Made by a program: the position numbers and the translations under genes
Assembly: GCF_056712565.1 (NCBI RefSeq)
Contig: NZ_CM160072.1
Length of the DNA stretch: 64,000 nucleotides
Strand: one strand, 5' to 3'
Shown: one piece after another, positions 22,778 through 33,878 of the stretch
Numbering within the stretch: position 1 is the stretch's first letter
How the letters are laid out: every line of letters begins with the position of its first letter
The notes under the pieces: generated by a model
Database searches by the model: none
What the model saw: the letters and a program-made list of their open reading frames with translations, nothing else
What the model was told of the DNA's origin: nothing

Positions 22778-24490
22778 TTAATCCCACAAATCGCGCGCCG
22801 GATCGAGCACCGGGCGAATGATGCCCGCACGCACCGTAAAGTCGCCGAAGCCTTCACCCACTTCGCGCTCTTTCGCCCAGCGCCCTATCAGTTCATCAAG
22901 CGACGCCAGGATTTCCGGCTCGGTGATGTTTTCTTTATACATCCGTGGGATACGTGTCCCAATGCGGTTGCCGCCAAGATGCAGGTTGTAGCGACCCGGC
23001 GCTTTCCCCACCAGACCCACTTCCGCCAGCATCGCGCGACCACAACCGTTCGGGCAGCCTGTTACACGCATCACGATATGCTCATCGCTGACACCATGTT
23101 TCGCCATTAAATTATCGATGTTGTCGATAAAAGACGGCAGGAAACGCTCCGCTTCCGCCATCGCCAGCGGGCAAGTCGGGAATGACACGCAGGCCATTGA
23201 GTTTTCACGCTGCGGCGTGACGGCATTCATTAACCCGCTTTCTTTGGCGATCTTCTCGATCTTCGCTTTCTCGCTTTCCGGCACGCCGGCGATGATCAGA
23301 TTCTGGTTCGCCGTAATGCGGAAATCACCTTTGTGGATCTTCGCGATCTCCAGCAAGCCGGTTTTCAGCGGACGTCCCGGATAATCAAGAATGCGACCAT
23401 TTTCGATAAACAGCGTCAGGTGCCAGTTATCATCAATGCCCTTAACCCAGCCAATACGATCGCCGCGTCCGGTAAACTCATACGGGCGAATCGGCTCGAA
23501 TTTGATCCCCGCGCGACGTTCGACTTCCGCTTTAAATGTCTCAACCCCCACCCGCTCCAGCGTGTATTTGGTTTTGGCATTTTTACGATCGGTACGATTA
23601 CCCCAGTCGCGCTGAGTCGTCACAACGGCTTCCGCTACCGCCAGCGTATGTTCCAGCGGTAAATAACCAAACTCACTCGCCGTGCGGGCGTAGGTTTTCT
23701 TGTTGCCGTGTTCAATGGAAAGCCCACCGCCCACCAGCAGGTTAAAGCCCACCAGCTTGCCGTTTTCGGCGATCGCCACGAAGTTCATGTCGTTGGCGTG
23801 CAGATCGATATCGTTCTGCGGCGGGATCACTACCGTGGTTTTGAACTTACGCGGCAGGTAGGTCTGACCAAGGATCGGCTCTTCATCAGTAGTGGCGACT
23901 TTTTCCTGATCGAGCCAGATCTCCGCATACGCGCGGGTACGAGGCAGCAGATGTTCAGAAATTTTCTTCGCCCATTCATATGCTTCCGCGTGCAGCTGCG
24001 ACTCGTAAGGGTTCGAGGTGCAGAGTACGTTACGGTTCATGTCGTTGGCGGTCGCCAGCGCATCAAGACCGACCGAGTGCAGCATCTGGTGCACCGGTTT
24101 GACGTTCTTTTTCAGAATGCCGTGGAACTGAAACGTCTGGCGGTTGGTCAGGCGAATGCTGCCATAGATGGTGTTTTCACCGGCAAATTTGTCGATCGCC
24201 TGCCACTGTTTAGTGGTAATCACCCCACCCGGCAGACGACAGCGAAGCAGCATCGCGTGACGTGGTTCCAGCTTCTGTTCAGCACGTTCGGCGCGGATGT
24301 CGCGGTCATCCTGCTGATACATGCCGTGGAAGCGGATCAGCAGGAAGTTATCACCCTTAAAGCCGCCGGTCAGACCGTCGTTTAAATCTTCCGCAATGGT
24401 GCCGCGCAGGTAGTTGCTTTCAAGCTTCATGCGCTCGGCGTCTGTCAGTTTTCCTTCGACCACTAAAGGTCCTGGATGTTTTTCGCTCAT
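22778..24490 (-). CDS. cysI: Sulfite reductase hemoprotein beta subunit
   Basis: 570-aa [25 protein letters not shown]... with siroheme/4Fe-4S cysteine motifs. Confidence 0.95.
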   Translation of the reverse strand: MSEKHPGPLVVEGKLTDAERMKLESNYLRGTIAEDLNDGLTGGFKGDNFLLIRFHGMYQQDDRDIRAERAEQKLEPRHAMLLRCRLPGGVITTKQWQAIDKFAGENTIYGSIRLTNRQTFQFHGILKKNVKPVHQMLHSVGLDALATANDMNRNVLCTSNPYESQLHAEAYEWAKKISEHLLPRTRAYAEIWLDQEKVATTDEEPILGQTYLPRKFKTTVVIPPQNDIDLHANDMNFVAIAENGKLVGFNLLVGGGLSIEHGNKKTYARTASEFGYLPLEHTLAVAEAVVTTQRDWGNRTDRKNAKTKYTLERVGVETFKAEVERRAGIKFEPIRPYEFTGRGDRIGWVKGIDDNWHLTLFIENGRILDYPGRPLKTGLLEIAKIHKGDFRITANQNLIIAGVPESEKAKIEKIAKESGLMNAVTPQRENSMACVSFPTCPLAMAEAERFLPSFIDNIDNLMAKHGVSDEHIVMRVTGCPNGCGRAMLAEVGLVGKAPGRYNLHLGGNRIGTRIPRMYKENITEPEILASLDELIGRWAKEREVGEGFGDFTVRAGIIRPVLDPARDLWD

Positions 24491-26289
24491 TAGTAGACAT
24501 CTCGCTGATAACGGCGCTCTACGCGCAGCTCACTTAAAAATTCATCCGCCGCTTCGGTGTCCATGCCACCAAATTCGGCAATCACTTCCAGAAGTGCCTG
24601 CTCAACGTCTTTCGCCATGCGATTAGCGTCGCCGCAGACATAAATGTGGGCACCGTCATTGATCCAGCGCCACAGCTCTGCGCCCTGTTCGCGCAGTTTG
24701 TCTTGTACGTAAATTTTTTCTTTTTGATCGCGCGACCAGGCGAGATCGATGCGCGTCAGCACGCCTTCTTTGACGTAACGCTGCCATTCCACCTGGTAGA
24801 GGAAATCTTCCGTAAAGTGTGGGTTGCCAAAGAATAGCCAGTTTTTACCCGGCGCTTCGTCGGCAGCACGCTGCTGCATAAAGGCACGGAACGGCGCGAT
24901 GCCGGTGCCAGGGCCAATCATGATCACCGGGGTTTCCGGATTGGTTGGCAGGCGGAAGTTGTCGTTATGTTCGATAAAGACGCGGACTTCACCCTCTTCT
25001 TCCACACGATCCGCGAGGAAGCTGGAGGCACCACCGGCACGGGCGCGGCCTTCCACGTCGTAACGCACCACACCAACGGTAACGTGCACTTCGTTCTCGA
25101 CTTCCGCCTGCGAGGAGGCGATGGAATACAGGCGCGGGGTCAGCGGGCGCAGCAGATTAATCAGCGCTTCGGCATCCAGTTGCGCCGGAGAGAAACGCAC
25201 CATGTCGACAATCGGCGTCGTCGCGGCGTAATGCTGTAACTTCGCTTTATCGCCCACCAGCGGCAGCAGCGTTTCGCTGCGGGTAAGCGTGGCATAGTTC
25301 TCAACAATGTTGGCGGTGTTGACGGTCAGTTCGAAGTGCCACTGTAGCGCTTCGTTCAGAGGCAACGTTTTGCCCTCGACGGTGACAGGTTCATCGCCTT
25401 TCAGCCACAGCAGTTCGACAAGTTCTTTCACCAGTGCCGGATCGTTCTGATACCAGACGCCCAACGCGTCACCCGGCTGGTAACGCAGGCCAGAGTCACC
25501 TAAGTCAATTTCAATGTGACGAACGTCTTTTTCAGAGTTACGCCCGGTAATTTTCTGGTTAACCGAAAGGCTGGCCGCCAGCGGCGCGTCTTTGCTATAC
25601 GGGCTGGTGTGGATTTCATTTACCGTGCCAGTAGCGACGGATTGCGAAGGTGCCGCGACAGGCGCACGCGATTTAAGCGCATCAACCACGCGGGCGCGCC
25701 ACTCGCTGGCAGCAGCCTGGTATTCAACGTCGGCATCGACACGGTCGAGCAGGCGTTCACCGCCCAGTTCCGCCAGCTTACTGTCAAAATCTTTCCCGGA
25801 CTGGCAGAAAAATTCATAAGAGCTATCGCCGAGGCTAAACACGGCAAACGCGGTGTTTTCCAGCTTTGGCGCTTTTTTGGAGAACAGGAACTTATGCAGC
25901 GCGACGGCTTCTTCCGGCGGTTCCCCTTCCCCTTGCGTTGACGTCACCACGATAAGCAGTTTTTCGCTGGCGATTTGTTTGAATTTATAGTCACCCGCGT
26001 TCACCAGCTTAACGTTCAGTTTTGCCGCTAATAAATCATCGCGTAATGCTTCAGCAACCCGGCGCGCATTGCCGGTTTGCGAGGCGGAGATAATAGTTAT
26101 ACCCGGCATTTCTGCGGCGGGCGCTGGCGTCGCTGCAAGCGCAGCAGGCTGCTGGTTGAGCACGCCCCAGAAATAGCCAGAAACCCAGGCAAGCTGGGTA
26201 GGAGTTAAATCGGTCGTGGCCGCCTGAAGGCGTGCCAGTTGCTCCGGGTTCAACGGAAGCAACGCGGAAGGTGGGACCTGTGTCGTCAT
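24490..26289 (-). CDS. cysJ: Sulfite reductase flavoprotein alpha subunit
   Basis: 599-aa ORF with flavodoxin-like and FAD/NADPH-binding domains; overlaps cysI start. Confidence 0.95.
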   Translation of the reverse strand: MTTQVPPSALLPLNPEQLARLQAATTDLTPTQLAWVSGYFWGVLNQQPAALAATPAPAAEMPGITIISASQTGNARRVAEALRDDLLAAKLNVKLVNAGDYKFKQIASEKLLIVVTSTQGEGEPPEEAVALHKFLFSKKAPKLENTAFAVFSLGDSSYEFFCQSGKDFDSKLAELGGERLLDRVDADVEYQAAASEWRARVVDALKSRAPVAAPSQSVATGTVNEIHTSPYSKDAPLAASLSVNQKITGRNSEKDVRHIEIDLGDSGLRYQPGDALGVWYQNDPALVKELVELLWLKGDEPVTVEGKTLPLNEALQWHFELTVNTANIVENYATLTRSETLLPLVGDKAKLQHYAATTPIVDMVRFSPAQLDAEALINLLRPLTPRLYSIASSQAEVENEVHVTVGVVRYDVEGRARAGGASSFLADRVEEEGEVRVFIEHNDNFRLPTNPETPVIMIGPGTGIAPFRAFMQQRAADEAPGKNWLFFGNPHFTEDFLYQVEWQRYVKEGVLTRIDLAWSRDQKEKIYVQDKLREQGAELWRWINDGAHIYVCGDANRMAKDVEQALLEVIAEFGGMDTEAADEFLSELRVERRYQRDVY

Positions 26290-26604
26290 GCGTCGTTATG
26301 TTCCAGTAAGCAAAGCTGTTTCTGCGCCCTGTCAGCGCCCATAAAACAGAAGAGAAGGTAAGGTTAACGGGGTGAACGGTGTGGATTAAAGACGGGATAG
26401 CGATAACTAATAACCAAATCGACTAACCTGTTTTAGCAATAGTCTTTAACAACAAAATAGATTAACCAACCCAATGAAAAACAAATGAATATTGCCCATC
26501 AATAAGATAAATCAGCGATTTTGCGCAACAAAGTCGTTTTAGATAATGCGAAAAAACAGCCTTTCCGGTACTCTACGGCGGTTTTATCGTCATGTAGAGA
26601 AATT

Positions 26605-26970
26605 ATGATGTCCACCACGTTATTTAAAGATTTCACCTTCGAAGCCGCTCACCGCTTGCCGCACGTCCCACAAGGGCATAAATGTGGTCGCCTGCACGGG
26701 CATTCCTTTATGGTGCGACTGGAAATTACCGGGGAAGTCGATCCGCATACGGGCTGGATTATCGATTTCGCTGAACTGAAAGCGGCGTTTAAACCAACTT
26801 ATGAGCGCCTCGATCACCATTATCTCAATGATATTCCTGGTCTGGAAAACCCAACCAGCGAAGTTTTAGCAAAATGGATTTGGGATCAGGTTAAACCCGT
26901 TGTGCCGCTGTTAAGTGCGGTGATGGTAAAAGAAACCTGCACCGCAGGTTGTATCTATCGCGGCGAATGA
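26605..26970 (+). CDS. queD: 6-carboxy-5,6,7,8-tetrahydropterin synthase
   Basis: Start set at [35 protein letters not shown]... (121 aa); the track ORF extends 28 codons further upstream. Confidence 0.9.
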   Translation: MMSTTLFKDFTFEAAHRLPHVPQGHKCGRLHGHSFMVRLEITGEVDPHTGWIIDFAELKAAFKPTYERLDHHYLNDIPGLENPTSEVLAKWIWDQVKPVVPLLSAVMVKETCTAGCIYRGE

Positions 26971-27047
26971 TAAGAGTGTGTCGGCGGTCAATTTCCCTTA
27001 AGTAACGCTATGTTAGGGTGTTGTGTTCTGGATATCTGGGGCATGAC

Positions 27048-28319
27048 ATGGAAGACGACTGCGACATTATTATTATTGGTGCCGGTATTGCTGGCACCGC
27101 TTGCGCGTTACGCTGCGCGCGAGCGGGTTTATCCGTTCTGTTACTGGAACGAGCGGAGATTCCCGGCAGCAAAAATCTTTCCGGCGGGCGGCTATACACC
27201 CATGCGCTCGCGGAACTCCTCCCGCAATTTCACCTGACCGCGCCCCTTGAACGACGCATCACTCACGAAAGTCTTTCTCTGTTAACGCCAGATGGCGCAA
27301 CGACGTTTTCCAGCTTACAGCCCGGCGGTGAATCCTGGAGTGTATTACGTGCACGATTCGATCCGTGGCTGGTTGCCGAAGCCGAAAAAGAAGGTGTCGA
27401 ATGCATCCCCGGTGCGACGGTAGATGCACTGTATGAAGAAAACGGCAGGGTGTGTGGTGTCATTTGTGGTGACGATATTCTTCGCGCCCGTTATGTGGTG
27501 CTGGCAGAAGGTGCCAACAGCGTCCTCGCGGAACGCCACGGGTTAGTGACTCGTCCTGCTGGCGAAGCGATGGCATTGGGGATCAAAGAAGTGCTGACGC
27601 TGGAACCATCCGCTATTGAAGAACGTTTTCATCTGGAGAATAACGAAGGCGCAGCGTTGTTGTTCAGCGGCGGGATCTGTGATGACTTACCCGGCGGCGC
27701 ATTTCTTTATACTAATCAACAAACGCTCTCGTTAGGGATTGTTTGCCCGCTCTCCTCCCTTACGCAAAGTCGTGTTCCGGCAAGCGAGCTGCTGGCTCGC
27801 TTTAAAACGCATCCGGCAGTGCGCCCGCTTATCAAAAACACGGAATCACTGGAGTATGGTGCGCATCTGGTGCCAGAAGGTGGCCTGCGCAGTATGCCGG
27901 TGCAATACGCCGGTAACGGCTGGCTGCTGGTGGGCGATGCGTTGCGCAGTTGCGTCAATACCGGAATTTCCGTGCGCGGTATGGATATGGCGCTAACTGG
28001 CGCGCAGGCGGCGGCACAAACGCTGATAAGCGCCTGCCAGCACCGCGAGCCGCAAAATCTGTTTCCGCTTTATCATCACAACGTAGAGCGCAGCCTGCTG
28101 TGGGATGTTCTACAGCGTTATCAGCATGTTCCGGCGCTTTTGCAACGCCCTGGCTGGTATCGGGTGTGGTCTGGGTTAATGCAGGATATTTCCCGTGATT
28201 TATGGGATCAGGGGAATACACCTGTTCCACCGCTGCGCCAGTTGCTCTGGCGTCATTTACGTCGTCACGGCTTGTGGCATCTGACGGGCGATGTTATCAA
28301 GAGTCTGCGATGTCTGTAG
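27048..28319 (+). CDS. ygcN: FixC-like FAD-dependent oxidoreductase (electron-transfer flavoprotein-quinone oxidoreductase family)
   Basis: Start at MEDDCDIIIIGAGIAGTACALRCARAG (FAD dinucleotide-binding motif), 423 aa. Confidence 0.85.
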   Translation: MEDDCDIIIIGAGIAGTACALRCARAGLSVLLLERAEIPGSKNLSGGRLYTHALAELLPQFHLTAPLERRITHESLSLLTPDGATTFSSLQPGGESWSVLRARFDPWLVAEAEKEGVECIPGATVDALYEENGRVCGVICGDDILRARYVVLAEGANSVLAERHGLVTRPAGEAMALGIKEVLTLEPSAIEERFHLENNEGAALLFSGGICDDLPGGAFLYTNQQTLSLGIVCPLSSLTQSRVPASELLARFKTHPAVRPLIKNTESLEYGAHLVPEGGLRSMPVQYAGNGWLLVGDALRSCVNTGISVRGMDMALTGAQAAAQTLISACQHREPQNLFPLYHHNVERSLLWDVLQRYQHVPALLQRPGWYRVWSGLMQDISRDLWDQGNTPVPPLRQLLWRHLRRHGLWHLTGDVIKSLRCL

Positions 28320-28570
28320 CCCGTAATCTCTGGCGCGCTGCCGATGCGCCGCACATTGTTCCAGCTGACTCCGTTGAGCGCCAGACGGCACAACGGTTGA
28401 TTAACGCCTGTCCAGCAGGTCTTTTTTCGCTCACACCTGAAGGTGGCTTACGTGTTGATTATCACGGCTGCCTGGAGTGTGGCACCTGCCGTTTGCTGTG
28501 CGACGAATCAACACTACAACAGTGGCGCTATCCGCCTTCCGGATTCGGCATCACCTACCGCTTTGGATAA
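28310..28570 (+). CDS. ygcO: FixX-like ferredoxin
   Basis: 86-aa ORF beginning MSVARNLWRA with Cys cluster (CLECGTCRLLCDE); start overlaps ygcN stop. Confidence 0.8.
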   Translation: MSVARNLWRAADAPHIVPADSVERQTAQRLINACPAGLFSLTPEGGLRVDYHGCLECGTCRLLCDESTLQQWRYPPSGFGITYRFG

Positions 28571-28586
28571 ATAATAAGGATAATTT

Positions 28587-29162
28587 ATGCCCCTCTTACA
28601 CCTGCTCCGCCAGAATCCGGTGATTGCTGCCGTTAAAGATAATGCCAGCCTGCAACTGGCAATCGACTCTGAATGCCAGTTTATTTCCGTGTTGTACGGC
28701 AATATCTGCACCATTAGTAATATCGTTAAAAAGATTAAGAACGCCGGGAAATATGCTTTTATTCATGTTGATTTGCTGGAAGGCGCGTCAAATAAAGAAG
28801 TGGTGATTCAGTTTTTGAAACTGGTAACCGAGGCGGACGGAATTATCAGTACCAAAGCCTCAATGCTGAAAGCAGCAAGAGCGGAAGGTTTTTTCTGTAT
28901 TCATCGACTGTTTATTGTTGATTCGATTTCGTTTCACAACATTGATAAGCAAGTTGCGCAATCGAATCCGGATTGTATTGAGATCCTGCCAGGCTGCATG
29001 CCTAAAGTGCTGGGCTGGGTGACGGAGAAAATCCGCCAACCGCTGATTGCTGGCGGGCTGGTGTGCGATGAAGAAGATGCGCGTAATGCGATTAACGCGG
29101 GTGTTGTGGCGCTTTCCACCACGAATACTGGGGTCTGGACGTTAGCGAAAAAATTGCTTTGA
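28587..29162 (+). CDS. ygcP: GlpP-like putative RNA-binding antiterminator
   Basis: 191-aa ORF (MPLLHLLRQNPVIAAVKDNASLQLAIDSECQ...) matching the K-12 YgcP position; GlpP-family assignment is from memory of the annotation. Confidence 0.75.
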   Translation: MPLLHLLRQNPVIAAVKDNASLQLAIDSECQFISVLYGNICTISNIVKKIKNAGKYAFIHVDLLEGASNKEVVIQFLKLVTEADGIISTKASMLKAARAEGFFCIHRLFIVDSISFHNIDKQVAQSNPDCIEILPGCMPKVLGWVTEKIRQPLIAGGLVCDEEDARNAINAGVVALSTTNTGVWTLAKKLL

Positions 29163-29197
29163 CGGGATAATCGTAACAAGTTGAATTTGGTGTGATT

Positions 29198-29270
29198 TGT
29201 AGGCTGCACGCCACATCCGACATTCAGCGCCTGATGCGACGCTTGACGCGTCTTATCAGGCCTACAAGTC
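29198..29270. repeat. REP/BIME-type repetitive extragenic palindromic element(s)
   Basis: Characteristic E. coli REP sequence ...gcctgatgcgacgcttgacgcgtcttatcaggcctacaag between the convergent ygcP and ygcQ. Coordinates approximate. Confidence 0.6.
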
Positions 29271-29309
29271 CCCAGCCCAGAACCATCGGCAGGATCATCC
29301 GGCAGCACG

Positions 29310-30170
29310 TTATTGGCAATCTGCGTGAATGTTTGTCACCAGTGCCTCCAGCACCACTTTCCAGTCATCAACCACGCCAACATCTGCCTGTGAAAATACC
29401 GCTGCACTGGCGTCATGATTAATCGCCACCACAAACTTGCTATTGCGTACGCCCGCCATTAACGCTGCTGCGCCGGAAGCGCCAACAACAATACACACCT
29501 CAGGTGCCAGCAGATGTCCGGAAATACCAATCACTTTTTCGGCATCAACGCCACCGTTCATCACTCGTGCCCGACTGTAGCCCACTTCGGCTCCCATCTT
29601 TTCTGCCAGCATAGCGATTTCCTGGTTATCTGCCTCTCCGCCCTGCCCCACCACCAGCACCCGTCTGGCCTCAGCTAATGGGTCACGGGTAACATTTTTC
29701 AGGTTTTCGACGCTGATAAGCCAGTCTGGAAGCGCGCCGGGAACAATGTTCAGTTGCTGCATCCCAGAGGGCAACGTGGCGTTTTTATCTGCTCCCGCCT
29801 GACGTGCCAGCGAAAGGCATAGCGGGCGTTTTTCTGTTTGCAGCGTCGCCGTCAACGCATTTCCCCAGTGGGATTTGCGCACGCTTACGGTTGGAATATC
29901 TAACGAAGTCACCTGGCAGATGCTTGCACCATGTAAACGCCAGGCCAGCCGGGTCGACAGTTCATCGCCAAACGCGCCCGGAGGAAAAAGGACAACCTCC
30001 GCAGGCGTTCGTTGCCACTGTTCCACCAGCGCATCCAGCACCTGTTCCGCAACCATCGGCTGTGGTTCTATTTGCCAATGCGTTAGTGTGCTGCCGCTGA
30101 AATCCTGCGCCGCCAGCCAGCCCGCCATTGCGGCATGTTCCTGATTTATTGTCACAATTGCGATATTCAT
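29310..30170 (-). CDS. ygcQ: Electron transfer flavoprotein alpha-subunit homolog (FixB-like)
   Basis: Start at MNIAIVTINQEHAAMAGW... (286 aa); ETF-alpha-like C-terminal FAD-binding region. Confidence 0.85.
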   Translation of the reverse strand: MNIAIVTINQEHAAMAGWLAAQDFSGSTLTHWQIEPQPMVAEQVLDALVEQWQRTPAEVVLFPPGAFGDELSTRLAWRLHGASICQVTSLDIPTVSVRKSHWGNALTATLQTEKRPLCLSLARQAGADKNATLPSGMQQLNIVPGALPDWLISVENLKNVTRDPLAEARRVLVVGQGGEADNQEIAMLAEKMGAEVGYSRARVMNGGVDAEKVIGISGHLLAPEVCIVVGASGAAALMAGVRNSKFVVAINHDASAAVFSQADVGVVDDWKVVLEALVTNIHADCQ

Positions 30171-30946
30171 GGCTGCATCCTTTGGCGTAAATAGTCCTGC
30201 CATAGCTTTTGCGCTTTTTCTGCAACCGTTTGCCCATCAATCAGCGCCGCTCTGCGTCGTTGCTCTGGCCTTGCCAGTTGCAGGCACTGTATCGCTGGCG
30301 CTTCCGCGGCAACAGTTTCGCGGGTAATCTCCGCTTTCCCCGCCGCCATTCGCTGGCGCATTCCCGGTACTGGCAAGGCCACTTCACCACACTGACGCAC
30401 GGCAATCACCGCAGGCAAGCGAACCCGGCAACAGCGCACCCCATGTTCAGTACGCTGTTCGAGGGTGATAAACGGTGCGTCGAGAGTAAAGCGCTCCACC
30501 TGGGTGAAGCAGGGCCAGACCAGCATTTCCGCCAGCAAAAATGGCGTTTGCCCATTCTGCCCTTCGCTGCTTTGGCAGCCAGTAATTATCAGATCCAGCG
30601 GATTCTGGTACTGCCATTCGGCAATATGGAGAGCGACAAATTCCGGCGCAAAGCGCAGATCTGCCGCCGTCTCCAGCAATACAGCTTCCTCAAACCCAAG
30701 TGCCATGAGATAGCGCAGCCAGTGCAACGCCCGTTCATCCCCCATGCTCAACGCGGTTAAAGACATCGGCGTACCGTTTTTTCTCTGCGCCAACAGCAGC
30801 GCGGCGGCAGCCTGTTCATCGGCACCGAGTAAACTTCGCAGAAGCGAAACATCCGGTCCGATATTACCCTGAGCCGCCGCCAGCCACTCTTTTTCCGCCA
30901 GCATCCCGGCATCCGGTTCGGCTTTAAACGCTAACAGTATGTTCAT
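30167..30946 (-). CDS. ygcR: Electron transfer flavoprotein beta-subunit homolog (FixA-like)
   Basis: Start at MNILLAFKAEPDAGML... (259 aa); overlaps ygcQ start. Confidence 0.85.
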   Translation of the reverse strand: MNILLAFKAEPDAGMLAEKEWLAAAQGNIGPDVSLLRSLLGADEQAAAALLLAQRKNGTPMSLTALSMGDERALHWLRYLMALGFEEAVLLETAADLRFAPEFVALHIAEWQYQNPLDLIITGCQSSEGQNGQTPFLLAEMLVWPCFTQVERFTLDAPFITLEQRTEHGVRCCRVRLPAVIAVRQCGEVALPVPGMRQRMAAGKAEITRETVAAEAPAIQCLQLARPEQRRRAALIDGQTVAEKAQKLWQDYLRQRMQP

Positions 30947-32261
30947 TCGCACCTCCTGCATTTCCCGCCGCCACCAGCGGGAGTGCTTTGGTTTCTGGTG
31001 CCCATAGCCAGGTCACAACAAAACCAACCAACAACACTGCCGCCAGGAGCAATAAGGTGGCTTGCATTCCCCACTGTGCCAGCACCCACGGCAGCAGGCC
31101 AGTACTTACCGCCGCCCCCAACCGACTCATGGCGGTGGCAAAACCGACGCCCAGCGAGCGAATGTCAGTAGGAAAACTTTCCGCAGGCAAAATGCCCACC
31201 AGATTACTGACTGCCGAAATGGTGGTGCTGAAGAGAACAAAAAGCAGCAGCGTTAATGAACTGCCGGAAGGCAAACAGGCCATTACTACCAGCGTTGCCG
31301 TTAGCAGCAAAAAACTTCCCAGTAAAAATCTGCGATGCGCTAACAAGTGGGTCAACACTAACCCTAATAACGCGCCAACAATTAACAACGCATTAAGCAT
31401 CAGGCTGGCAGTCAGCGCATCTTCCAGACCAATAGTTTGGGCGATGGTCGGCAGCCAGGTATAAATCACAAACCATGGGATTACGAGGCAGACAAAGAAG
31501 ACGCTGTTAAACGCCGTGCGCCGCCAGTAGCGCGAAGAGAACAAGGTTTTGATGTGTTTATGGGTCGCCGTTGCCACTTCATCGCCCAGTAAAACATGGG
31601 GACCAAAGTAGCGATGCACGATAGCGTGAGCTTCTGCAAAACGCCCCTGGCGCAGTAGCCAGCGTGGCGATTCTGGCGTTCCCCAGCGTAATAACGTAAT
31701 CAACAACGCGGGCAGAGCTGCCGATGCCAGCAGCCAGCGCCAGGCCTCCGGGCTTTCGCTAATAAAGTGATGTCCGGCAATACTTGCCAACACATAGCCT
31801 ACGGTCCACACCACGCTGAACGCGCCCAGCAAAACACCGCGATGGCGGCGCGGAGAAAATTCAGCCAGCAAAGTGTGACCTACTGAGTAATCGCCTCCCA
31901 GACCAATGCCGATCAAAATGCGCAATCCAATAAGATGCTCTGGCGTGGTGGCAAAAAATTGCAAGAACGAAGCGAGCGTAATCAGCATAAAACTGAAGGT
32001 GAAGATTTTTTGCCGTCCGATATGGTCGGAGATCCACCCCAAAACCAGGCTGCCAAGAAACAAACCAAGTAACGCCGAGCCGCCGATCATCCCCGCCATA
32101 AACGGCGTCAGTTGCATGGCGGGCGTAAGCTGAATAATGGCGTAACCAATAACGCCGAGGACATAACCGTCGGTCAGGTGTGCGCCGAAAGTGAGCGCAG
32201 CAATTCGACAGTGAAAACGGTTAAGCGGTAAATCATCCATTCGCACCGGTGAAGTGTTCAT
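30924..32261 (-). CDS. ygcS: MFS-family transporter
   Basis: Start at MNTSPVRMDDLPLNRFHCRIAALTFGAH... (445 aa); 12-TM MFS-like hydrophobic profile. Confidence 0.85.
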   Translation of the reverse strand: MNTSPVRMDDLPLNRFHCRIAALTFGAHLTDGYVLGVIGYAIIQLTPAMQLTPFMAGMIGGSALLGLFLGSLVLGWISDHIGRQKIFTFSFMLITLASFLQFFATTPEHLIGLRILIGIGLGGDYSVGHTLLAEFSPRRHRGVLLGAFSVVWTVGYVLASIAGHHFISESPEAWRWLLASAALPALLITLLRWGTPESPRWLLRQGRFAEAHAIVHRYFGPHVLLGDEVATATHKHIKTLFSSRYWRRTAFNSVFFVCLVIPWFVIYTWLPTIAQTIGLEDALTASLMLNALLIVGALLGLVLTHLLAHRRFLLGSFLLLTATLVVMACLPSGSSLTLLLFVLFSTTISAVSNLVGILPAESFPTDIRSLGVGFATAMSRLGAAVSTGLLPWVLAQWGMQATLLLLAAVLLVGFVVTWLWAPETKALPLVAAGNAGGANEHTVSV

Positions 32262-32354
32262 CTTTACCCCTTCATTGTCCGGTAATAAGAACGGCTTCTC
32301 GCCTGAGAAGCCGAAAAGGCAACGCCCCGTCATCGCGGAACGCTGCCTGACACA

Positions 32355-33809
32355 TTATTTTTCAATCGGATAGATAGTACCCGTGTTCATAATGCCATTA
32401 GGATCGAACTGCTTTTTCAGCCCTTCCAGCAACGCCCACGCGCTGCCGTGTTCCAGTTTGCTCCAGTGAACGCGATGTTTACCGATACCGTGGTGGTGCA
32501 CCATCGAACCGCCGAGACGAATGGTTTCTTCGCAGATGATTTTGTTGAGCGGATTGTGGTACTTGTCGATTTCCTCTTCCGGCTTACAGTCAACGACGTT
32601 GTAGTCGTAGACGAAGTACATGTTGGTGCCGTTCTGATAGCTATGAGAGGAGTGACCGCCCAGCATGGTGATGTCGTCGGCGTGCGGGAACTCGGTACGA
32701 ATACGGTTAATAACGCTTTCGTAGATTTCGTGAATGCAGCTCCAGCAGCCGGACACTTCGGTGGTAAAGCCCATGTTGCCGGTTTTGAGGATCTGCACAC
32801 GTTCGGCAGCCACTTTATCCGGTCCCCAGTTCAGGTTGTTAAACCAGGTTTCGATCAGCTTGCTGTCCACGCGCTGGCACTGCGGGTAGCGCGCCACGAT
32901 TTCAGCAATCCCTTCACCCGTCGCCTTCGCAATGCGAGGGTTACCTTCAGCCATAAAGATCAGCACGCATTTGCCGTCGGCAAAATGGGTGAAGTGTTGG
33001 GTGCCATCTTCAGCATCATACAAACGAGCAATCGACGGACGATACCCTTCCACCATGATTTCACGCAGGATGTTGAAGCCGGTTTTCATGTCTTCCAGCA
33101 CATAGCCATAGAAGAGATTGTTTTCCGGCGTAAATTTGAAGATTTTCACTGTGACTTCAGTGATATAGCACAGTGCACCTTCGTTGCCGATGATGATATG
33201 ACGAATGTCCGGGCCAGCCGCGCGACGTGGCACGTTTTTAATGCGTGTGACGGTGCCATCTGCCAGCACCGCTTCCAGACCAACGACCATATCCTCGATT
33301 GCGCCGTAGAGTGTGGAAAACTGCCCGATACTGCGGGTCGCCACCAGGCCGCCCATCTGCGCCAGCGGCTTTGACTGCGGAGAATGCCCCGTGGTGTAAC
33401 CTTTTTCACGCAACGCGTTTTCCAGCACCTCCAGCGGAACGCCACATTGCGCCGTGGCCTGCATATTCTCAATATCAATATTAATGATTTGATTCATGGC
33501 GGAGCCGTCGAGCACCACCGAGTTTTCCACAACGGTTTCCAGCCCACCTTCGGTAGCGGAAGCACCGGTACGCGGCACACCATTAATTTTGTGCGCATTC
33601 ATAAAATTCAGCACACGGGATACTTGTTCTGTGGAACCGAGTTTTACGACCGCTGCCGGAATCGGCAAAGTATAAATGCCATGAATATCCGGAAATTTAC
33701 GAAAACGGTCAATACTGTTTTTCTTTAATACTGTTTCATCGGTAATTACGCGATCTGCACCAACAATTTCCTTTAGCTGGTCGACAATCGCTGCGCGAGA
33801 TAAAGACAT
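32355..33809 (-). CDS. ygcU: FAD-linked oxidoreductase (alkyl-DHAP-synthase/glycolate-oxidase-like FAD-binding PCMH domain)
   Basis: 484-aa ORF MSLSRAAIVDQLKEIVGADRVITDETVLKK... Confidence 0.85.
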   Translation of the reverse strand: MSLSRAAIVDQLKEIVGADRVITDETVLKKNSIDRFRKFPDIHGIYTLPIPAAVVKLGSTEQVSRVLNFMNAHKINGVPRTGASATEGGLETVVENSVVLDGSAMNQIINIDIENMQATAQCGVPLEVLENALREKGYTTGHSPQSKPLAQMGGLVATRSIGQFSTLYGAIEDMVVGLEAVLADGTVTRIKNVPRRAAGPDIRHIIIGNEGALCYITEVTVKIFKFTPENNLFYGYVLEDMKTGFNILREIMVEGYRPSIARLYDAEDGTQHFTHFADGKCVLIFMAEGNPRIAKATGEGIAEIVARYPQCQRVDSKLIETWFNNLNWGPDKVAAERVQILKTGNMGFTTEVSGCWSCIHEIYESVINRIRTEFPHADDITMLGGHSSHSYQNGTNMYFVYDYNVVDCKPEEEIDKYHNPLNKIICEETIRLGGSMVHHHGIGKHRVHWSKLEHGSAWALLEGLKKQFDPNGIMNTGTIYPIEK

Positions 33810-33878
33810 AGTAATTCCTTCCTGATAATAAAAATGGAATAATCATTAATAAGAGAAAACAGAAACCACCGTTATGGA

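Noticed and set aside
32262-32354. Short hairpin (ggcttctc-gcct-gagaagcc) between ygcU and ygcS as an internal terminator
   Set aside because: The stem is short and the downstream U-tract on the minus strand is interrupted; too weak to call.
32448-33374. 308-aa + strand ORF inside ygcU (similar antisense ORFs inside cysI 23708..24385, pyrG 45165..45767 and gudX 55486..56196)
   Set aside because: Antisense to well-supported genes with no independent signals such as an RBS or conserved domains.
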